Source of the DNA: Candidatus Vampirococcus lugosii
Lineage (GTDB): Bacteria > Patescibacteriota > Gracilibacteria > Absconditabacterales > Absconditicoccaceae
Assembly (NCBI RefSeq): GCF_018420025.1
Contig: NZ_JAEDAM010000052.1
Coordinates: forward strand, 1-6,953
DNA: 6,953 bases
Reading direction: 5' to 3'
Positions 1-6,672 of the stretch are shown here, one piece after another. Below the pieces are notes generated by a model. It saw only the letters and a program-made list of their open reading frames with translations, did no database searches and was not told where the DNA came from. The translations under genes and the position numbers were made by a program. Numbering within the stretch: position 1 is the stretch's first letter; each line of letters begins with the position of its first letter.

Positions 1-525
1 TAGGTTCAAATATTCTATTTATAGACATTAACATAATCTCATTTTTATATTTTTTGATTTTGGAGGTAATTCAGAAAGATTAGCTATATTTCTATGTTTT
101 ACTTTTTTTGTATCTTTATCTCTAAAAGATACAACAATATTAATAATTGATATAAGTTTTTCAATTATATTTATGAGTACTTTTTTTAATAAACATATTA
201 TGATTATTACACTTAAAATAATAAAAGATAAGAAATAATATATTTTATTATAATTAAAAAAGTTATAATTTCAAGAGAAGCCATAATAATAATCGCCACT
301 ACAAAACGCATTTTTAAATTCTTTTTCTTTAGTTCTTAACTTGTTTTTGCTATTTTTTATTTACAAAGATGAGATTAATATCAAGAAATAGGTATAAAAA
401 TTTATCGTTAGATAATTTATATACCTCAGTAAAAAATAGTTTATCAATTCTATTTTTAATTTCTGTTAAATCTCAGATTATATATCAGTTATATAATAGT
501 GGTTTATCCATAATAGTTTTATATA

Positions 526-2676
526 TTAGTTACAAGAACAACTTTCGTTAAGTTTTTTATTCCTTTCTTCAATCAAATTATTCATACTATCAACTTTTGC
601 ATTATATCTATTAACTGAATTATCACTATATTGGTTAACATACATATTATCAATTTCTAATTGTAAACTATTTATTTGTTTATCTAAAGAAGATGTATCT
701 AAGGATATTGGACAAGTGTAATCTCATGAAGTACACCAACAGTAATTATCTTTTTCATGATATCAAATGTCACACTTCCAAGCATTATAGTTATCTTCAG
801 GAACACAATACGCATGTTCAGGCTTAGTATATTCTATTCAATTTAATATACATTTATTAGAGTTACTATCTGTACTATTATTTGAAAATAAAGTATTTAT
901 ATCATCATTAGTGTAATCAGTATCATTTGTATAAGTATTACTTGATGAGTAATTATTAGAAGAAGAACTATAATTTGAATTATTAGATGCATCATCAGAA
1001 AAAACTGAAATAAGAATAAATATTCAAGTTAAAATAAGACATATCAATCACACCCATCATGACCATCAATTATTATTTTTTTTATTTATAATGAATCTAC
1101 TTAATGCTCAATATGTAATAGAATCAACATAAAAAATAAAAAAATAACCATCTTCTTCAGATAATTTTTCTAAAGCATCTGCTCTAATTGTATCTATATG
1201 ATCAAAGACTTCTTTTGCATTTAGCTTTCATGTTTCTACTTTAGAAAGATATGCCCTTATATTATTTAATATATTATCTAATCATTCTGGATTAATTCAT
1301 TCAAATAATTCGATATTATTTTTAGCTAATTCTTCTACTTTATTAAAATATTTTATAGCTTTGGGGTAATTTTCTGATTCAAATTCTTCTTTTCAATTTA
1401 AAAATATTTTTCATAATAGTCAAAAAACTGCTCTTTTTTTTAAATTTTTTAAATATATTTGATCCTCTTTATTAAATTTTTTATTTTCTAGTTCCTCAAT
1501 TTTTTTTGAAGCTCATATAAAGTCTTCATCATCTAATAATTGAATAATTGGTTTTAACTTTATATTTGCTGTAATAGTCTTATAATCTTCATTTATCTTA
1601 TGTTTTAATCAATCAGTACCTACTATATCAATTGCATAATTTAAAACTTTCAAAGCTTCATCTTCTTCATTTAACTCATTGTTTAAATCAAGCATAATAG
1701 TCCTAAAAGCTTCTGCTACTGTATCTCTGATTATTAAAGTTTTACTATCATCATATAATCATAAATCTTCTAATTTTCTTAGTAATTGAGTTATGTCATA
1801 ATGTATTTTTTTTACCTTTGCTTTTTCATCATCATCAAATACTCAATCCTCACTAATATTCATTTCTTCTAATTCTCTTGAAAGTTTACCTAAATCTAGA
1901 TAAATTTTTTCAACTTGTTCATTAGTCTTATTTCATTTAGTATTTTTGAAATATTTATGAAATTTTTTCAAAATCGAATCATCTCATAATTTTGTAGATA
2001 TATCATAAAAAATATTTGATAAATGCTTACCTAAATCTTTTCTAAATTCAGAAATTAAGTCTTTGTTAGTTGATATATCATCAAATAATAAATACTTTTT
2101 TTCAAACATTTTCCAAAACTTATCATCATCTTGTATCTCTTTAAATAGAGTTAAAGAATTTTCAACATATTCAGAATAATCAGAATTAATACTAGGATCT
2201 AACAATAATAAAGTGTATAATATTGCTAAATTCTTTTTATTATTAGATTTTTTAAATAAATCTATAGCATTATTATAATTTTTAGTATTATAAATTGAGA
2301 AAATATTTTTATCATCATCATTTTCAATATCAAACCAGAAAAAGGTATTTAATATTTTTTCTTTAGGATTAGTTAAACTATCTAATGCAGATTTTACATA
2401 TATTTCATTTCTATACTCATGTGTAAAATATAAATCATTTTCATAATCAGGCACTTCTCATATAGCTAAATATTTTAATACATCTTTAGCTCTTTTTGAT
2501 ATTTGTTTTTGATTAGAAGAAGTATCTAGTCATAAAATATTATAACTATTATTAATTAATGGATTATTTACAATAACATAATCTTTTTTAATTGATTCAG
2601 CACAATATTCACACCTAACTGAATCTCTATCAATTTCCTCATCACAGTAAGGGCATTTAATTAAATTATCATTCAT
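526..2676 (-). CDS. Zinc-ribbon + degenerate J-like domain + helical (TPR-like) region + single TM helix + Ser/Asn-rich stalk + Cys-rich domain + coiled coil (716 aa)
   Basis: ATG at 2676..2674 is preceded by an in-frame TAA three codons upstream and overlaps the previous gene's end by 11 nt (ATGAATGATAA). The stop TAA is at 526..528. The supplied ORF 1984..2454 is just the TGA-free, Gly-poor internal stretch (residues 75-230) of this CDS. The N-terminus is MNDNLIKCPYCDEEIDRDSVRCEYC. The J-like segment is SYNILGLDTSSNQKQISKRAKDVLKYLAIGEVPDYEN...IYVKSALDSLTNPKEKILNTFFWF. The TM helix is GWSGWVGLICLILTGIFILISVF. The Cys-rich part is KCILNGIEYTKPEHAYCVPEDNYNAWKCDIGYHEKDNYCWCTSGDYTCP. Confidence 0.85.
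1000..1068 (-). other. Single predicted transmembrane helix of the 716-aa protein
   Basis: GWSGWVGLICLILTGIFILISVF is the only long hydrophobic run in the protein. It is preceded by the basic IINKKNNN and followed by the acidic, polar SDDASNNSNYSSS. Confidence 0.7.
2332..2547 (-). other. J-like domain lacking the catalytic His (VPD instead of HPD)
   Basis: Residues 44-115 align by eye to the J-domain helices I-III. SYNILGLDTSSNQKQISKRAKDVLKYLA corresponds to YYEILGV..A...EIKKAYRKLAMKY. The loop GEVPDYE corresponds to HPD, with V75-P76-D77 at 2446..2454. IYVKSALDSLTNPKEK corresponds to I.EAYEVLSDP.KR. Confidence 0.5.
2602..2655 (-). other. N-terminal CxxC-x10-CxxC zinc ribbon of the 716-aa protein (paralogous to 3728..3781)
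   Basis: CPYCDEEIDRDSVRCEYC (residues 8-25). It has the same Cys spacing and the same KCPYCxEE start as the neighbouring gene. Confidence 0.7.
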
Positions 2677-3790
2677 AGTTATTTATTATAAAATTATTTA
2701 TTATAAAATCTCAATCACTTTTAACATTTTGTTTATTTTCTCACCAAATATATATATTTTCAAAATCTAAACCTTTTCCTCAGAATATTGCATAATAATA
2801 ATATATATCTCCATCAATATCAACTTCATATGAAAATTTATAAAAAGTATATCAATCGATTTTTCTAATATCACTTTCTATATTCTCTCATCAAATTGAT
2901 AGAATATATGATTTTAATCATAATCTAATTTGTTCATTATTTATATCATCAGAGTATATTTTAGCTGTTTCCTCATCTACTTTCTCAGGAATAAATAAAG
3001 TATAATTTCATTTATTAGTTAAAAATCATTTATTTGCATCTTCATTAATCTGAGACAAGGTTTTACTATCTAATTCTTCATTAATTAATAGACTAGAATT
3101 ATTAATAATTAGCCATTTATTAATAAAATATTGCGCATTTATTTCTTTAACTTTTTCAGCTTCATCTGAATAACCTTGAAATGCAATAAATGCTATAGTT
3201 CATAATATTGTAAAAAGGTAAATACTAACTAACCAAATTAATATATTATTTTTTTCTGCTTTACTTTTCTTTACAAAAATTAATAGAAGTAATAAATATA
3301 AGTCATAAAAAGGCACTAATAGTCATAATGAATACCATCAACTTCTTCATAGATTTTTAAATCTAAAAATTGAGAGTATAATTAATCATAAAGTATATAT
3401 TAATCATCAAGATCATTCTTCTCAAATTTCAAGTATTATTCATACTATAAATAATAATATAAATCATAAATTAAACCATAATCTTTTTAGTCATCCATCT
3501 TTTTCTTCTTCTATGTTTTGTTTATTCATGCCAATATTTTTTTCTTTATCTTCCAATTTCTCATTATTTTCTTTAATCTCTTCTTTTTTTTCTATTTTTT
3601 GTACTTCTGTAGATTTAACTTCTTCTTGTTTGTTATTAATATTAGTTTTCTCTTGCTTTTTATGTTTAAGTTCAGTTTTTTCTTCTTTTATCTCTTCCTT
3701 TTTTTCAACTCAAGTAAACCATTCTCAACAATATCTACATTTTTTGGCTTTATCTTGAACTTCTTCTTTACAATAAGGACATTTTTTCAT
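2666..3790 (-). CDS. Zinc-ribbon / Lys-Glu-rich linker / DUF805-like multi-pass membrane protein with a C-terminal domain of unknown function (374 aa)
   Basis: ATG at 3790..3788 lies 12 nt after the Hsp70 stop, in the same frame, and the stop TAA is at 2666..2668. The N-terminus is [25 protein letters not shown] (CxxC-x10-CxxC). A ~75-aa K/E-rich tract follows. Then come about four hydrophobic segments (LWFNLGFILLFIVGIILEI, LIYTLGLIILSIF, YSLGLLVPFYDLYLLLLLIFV, ILIWLVSIYLFTILGTIAFIAF). They contain RFKNLGRSGWYSLGLLVP, which resembles the DUF805 motif (R.hD.GrSGWW.LL.liP). The remaining ~170 aa have no recognisable domain. Confidence 0.85.
2679..2708. repeat. Perfect 15-bp tandem duplication (TTATTTATTATAAAA x2)
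   Basis: 2679..2693 and 2694..2708 are identical. The duplication is in frame in the 374-aa CDS (FIINN-FIINN near its C-terminus). It ends 3 nt upstream of the ATG of the next gene (2676). Confidence 0.95.
3488..3709 (-). repeat. Low-complexity Lys/Glu-rich coding tract with an internal 24-nt duplication (EKKEEIKE twice)
   Basis: Residues ~28-101 of the 374-aa protein. The octapeptide EKKEEIKE occurs at residues 29-36 (3683..3706) and 67-74 (3569..3592), and 22 of 24 nt are identical. The plus-strand ORFs 3513..3758 and 3518..3802 in the supplied track are antisense shadows of this tract. Confidence 0.85.
3728..3781 (-). other. N-terminal CxxC-x10-CxxC zinc ribbon of the 374-aa protein
   Basis: [18 protein letters not shown] (residues 4-21). 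Confidence 0.7.
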
Positions 3791-3802
3791 ATTTATATTT
3801 GA

Positions 3803-6307
3803 TTAATAAAGAGTAATTCCAGAAAGATTACCTCCTTCTATTCTTCATAATTCATCTTTAGGTAATAGTTTAAACAATTCTCTAACAACTGTAGCTAATT
3901 CATCTTTATTATTATTTTTCAAAGCATTTTCTCATTTTTTGAAATAATAATCAGCATCATCTTCGCTATTAAAGTTATATCAACCAAATTTTAAATCATT
4001 ATACATTCTTTCCCACCATTCTATAGTTTCCATTAATATAGATGTTCTTAATCCATCTAATTGTTCATTTATTGATGAAAGTAAAATTTTATCTTGAGTA
4101 TCTATTGCTTTTTTTCATCAGTTTTTTACTGTTTTATATCTAACAACTAATTCTTGAGCTTTATAATCATTAGTTTTTTCCATCTCATCAATGACTCAAT
4201 CTAATATTTCTGTTAATTCATTAAATAATTTTTCTTGAATATCAAACTCAGTATTTTTTTCTAAATTATCTATTTTAACTTTGAAATCTTTTAATTTTTT
4301 ATTAGCTTTTCTTTTTTCATCCTCATCATTATTAGCATTATTAACAGTTCATTCTAAATATGAAATTTCCTCATCAATTTCTTCTTTTTGAGTAGGTGTA
4401 AAACTAGCTCTAATTTTAGCATATCTTTCTTGTTCTCAATCTAAGTCTTTTTTTAATAGTCATAAATCAATTTCTTCATTTAATGTTGTAGTACGAACAT
4501 TTAAAGATAAATCAATTGAAGATATATATGCTTTTACTGATAATTGCCTTGAAGTATCAACCTCAATAGTTACTTCAACAGGAGTTCATGCTTCTAAATC
4601 ATAAGGGATTTTTTCTCATGAAATACCTAAATCACATATAAATTGATTTCTATCAGGATTTTCTGATTCTCATTCATACACTTTTATTGGTAGAGCATTA
4701 GTAGACTCTCCTTTTATTAAACTTTTACTAGTTTTAAATTCAATTGTTTTAGATAAAGGTAGTTTTGAATTTTTTTCAAAAAACCAATACATTTCATCTT
4801 TCCAAGATAAACCATTATTTTGTTTAGCAATTGATACTCAAATATTATATGGTATAGGAATACTTCAAACAGATAATCATTGTGAAATAGTAAAGCTATC
4901 ATTATTTAATTCTAAAGTGTTTCATTTAGAATCAATAAGATAAATCATATAATTATTGGTTTTTCATGCTTCTAATTTTATATTAGCTATAAACTTACCA
5001 TTTTTTATTAGGATTTTATTACTAGAATAATATCAACTTTCACTCTGTATTTGTATAAAAAATTCTTCATCTTCATTTAATCACTCAATGATTCAACTTA
5101 CCATTTCTTCATTTTCAGATGAGACAGCTTCATAGTTTAATTTAATATTATATGAATCTAGACATACTTTATTATTTTCTTTGAATTCATCTTTAATAAT
5201 TTGATTTGATGCATAAATAGCTCCTCCTTTAGAAACTACTGTTAAAGGATCTACACTAGAGTCCACTTCTATTCAAAATTCTTTTTCAAGTCTATCCTTA
5301 ATTATAGGAGATTGAGTACTTCATCATACTAATACTATTTTTTCAATAGAGTTTTTATCTACTCATGATTCATTTATAGTTTCTTTTACTAAAACTAAAG
5401 ATTTTTTCACAAAAGGTTCAACTAATTTTTCAAAATCTTTTTTAGTTATAGTTATATTTAAATAAATTTCATTTCCATTATCATCTTCTCATACTTTATC
5501 AATTTCAACATTAACCTCATTATCATAAGTCAACATTTTCTTTGTATTTTCAGCTAATCATTTAAGTATATTAAATACATTTTTATACTTTTCATTTCAT
5601 CTAGAAAAATTTAATAAAGAGAATTTTTCTGTTATTTTAGGTATAAAGATATTATCTACAATTGCCCAATCAAAATCTTTTCATCATAAAAAATTATCTC
5701 ATTTACTAGATAAGATATTTAACAATCAATCTTTTGATTGAATTAATGCTGTATCAAATGTTCATCCTCATAAGTCATAAACTAACCAATTAGTATTTTG
5801 TTCTTTTCAAAATCAATATGCTATAGCTGCAGCGATAGGTTCTTGCAACAAGACTACTTGTTTAAATCATGCCAATTCTCAAGACCTTTTAGTAGCTTCT
5901 GACTCTAAAGTTGAAAAATGTGCAGGAATTGTTATAACAGCTCCTATAGTATTAACTTCAGGATATTTTTTTAATACAGTACTTTTAAGATACTTTAATA
6001 ACTCAGCTGAAATTTCCTCAGCTTTCATATTTTTATCTACTCTAGGAAAAAATGTTATTTCAGGAGTTCACATTAACCTTTTTACTTCTGCTTTAAAATT
6101 TTGTATATCTCATTTATCAGCATATTTGAAGAGTTTTTCATAAGCTCTTTTTCACACCAGAGGATTATTTGCTTTATCATATCAAAAAACAGATGGTGTG
6201 AATTCATCCATTTCAAAATTTTTAATAATTTCTATATTTCAACAATTATTATATGCTATTGCTGAATTTGTAGTTCAAAGATCAATTCATATTTGAATAG
6301 TAGACAT
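3803..6307 (-). CDS. Divergent Hsp70-family ATPase (834 aa), not a canonical DnaK
   Basis: ATG at 6307..6305 is preceded by an in-frame TAA at 6311..6313, and the stop TAA is at 3803..3805. By my hand count there are 44 in-frame TGA codons. Hsp70 signatures appear only if TGA = Gly: MSTIQIGIDLGTTNSAIAY (phosphate-1), ITIPAHFS, LLQEPIAAAIAYG, WLVYDLGGGTFD (phosphate-2), GDNFLGGKDFD and KIVLVGGSTQSPII (adenosine motif). A substrate-binding beta-domain-like segment follows: NIGVSIAKQ...LPIKVYEGESENPDRNQFICDLGISGEKIPYDLEAGTPVEVTIEVDTSRQLSVKAY. After that comes a ~230-aa helical tail ending ...ELATVVRELFKLLPKDELGRIEGGNLSGITLY. Confidence 0.93.
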
Positions 6308-6318
6308 ATTTTATATGG

Positions 6319-6672
6319 TTAAGGTGTAAATTTATAAACAATGATTTTTGCTTGTTTTATTATATTTCAGTTATTTATCACAGCAGGTTCTATAGTATCT
6401 TTTATTATTCAATCTAATTCAGGAAAATTAGTATCTTCAGTAGCTTTTAATTCATAAAAATTTATTTCTTCTGAATATTTTTCTCATGAAAATCACTTTA
6501 GTTCAATATCCAAATCTTTTATAAATTTCTTTAATCTATCTAAACTTACAGAAATTTTTTCGTTATCTTGATCTTTTAAATAAACAATCTTAGAGATTTT
6601 TTCTCCTAATCTCCATATATCAACTGATAAATTAATCAATTTATTGATATCTATATTTTTATTATCTTTCAT
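6319..6672 (-). CDS. Small GrpE-like protein, candidate nucleotide exchange factor for the downstream Hsp70 (117 aa)
   Basis: ATG at 6672..6670 is the first start after an in-frame TAA. The frame stays open with 4 TGA read as Gly and ends in TAA at 6319..6321. Translation: MKDNKNIDINKLINLSVDIWRLGEKISKIVYLKDQDNEKISVSLDRLKKFIKDLDIELKGFSGEKYSEEINFYELKATEDTNFPELDGIIKDTIEPAVINNGNIIKQAKIIVYKFTP. The C-terminal half follows the GrpE beta-domain pattern (L..l.k.gvE.i...G..fd...h.a....d..p..v..v...GY.lnGr.iR.A.V.V.K). It sits 11 nt upstream of an Hsp70 gene, as grpE does relative to dnaK. Confidence 0.7.

Noticed and set aside
477-497. Inverted repeat attatata-tcagt-tatataat just downstream of the cluster, as a rho-independent terminator
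   Set aside because: The stem is 8 A:T pairs only, and on the transcribed (minus) strand it is not followed by a U-run. Such palindromes are expected by chance in this composition.
369-551. Plus-strand 60-aa ORF from the track
   Set aside because: It overlaps the 3' end of the 716-aa minus-strand CDS. Its composition is typical of AT-rich noise, and it has no motif or upstream signal.
1984-2454. The supplied 156-aa minus ORF as a stand-alone gene
   Set aside because: It is an internal, Gly-poor and therefore TGA-free stretch (residues 75-230) of the 716-aa CDS 526..2676. Its 'M' is an internal GTG (Val), and its 'stop' is a TGA Gly codon.
3513-3802. Plus-strand ORFs 3513..3758 and 3518..3802 (Phe/Ser/Leu-rich)
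   Set aside because: They are antisense shadows of the Lys/Glu-rich (AAA/GAA-rich) coding tract on the minus strand. The translations are low-complexity with no protein-like features.
4717-4902. Minus-strand 61-aa ORF from the track
   Set aside because: It lies out of frame inside the well-supported Hsp70 CDS and has a hydrophobic, low-complexity translation.
3803-6672. Calling these genes canonical grpE and dnaK (and the 716-aa gene dnaJ)
   Set aside because: Lengths and architectures are wrong. The NEF is 117 aa against roughly 170-200 aa or more. The Hsp70 is 834 aa with an interdomain insert and a foreign tail. The J-like protein lacks HPD, a G/F region and CxxCxGxG repeats, and it is membrane-anchored. 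No gene symbols are assigned.
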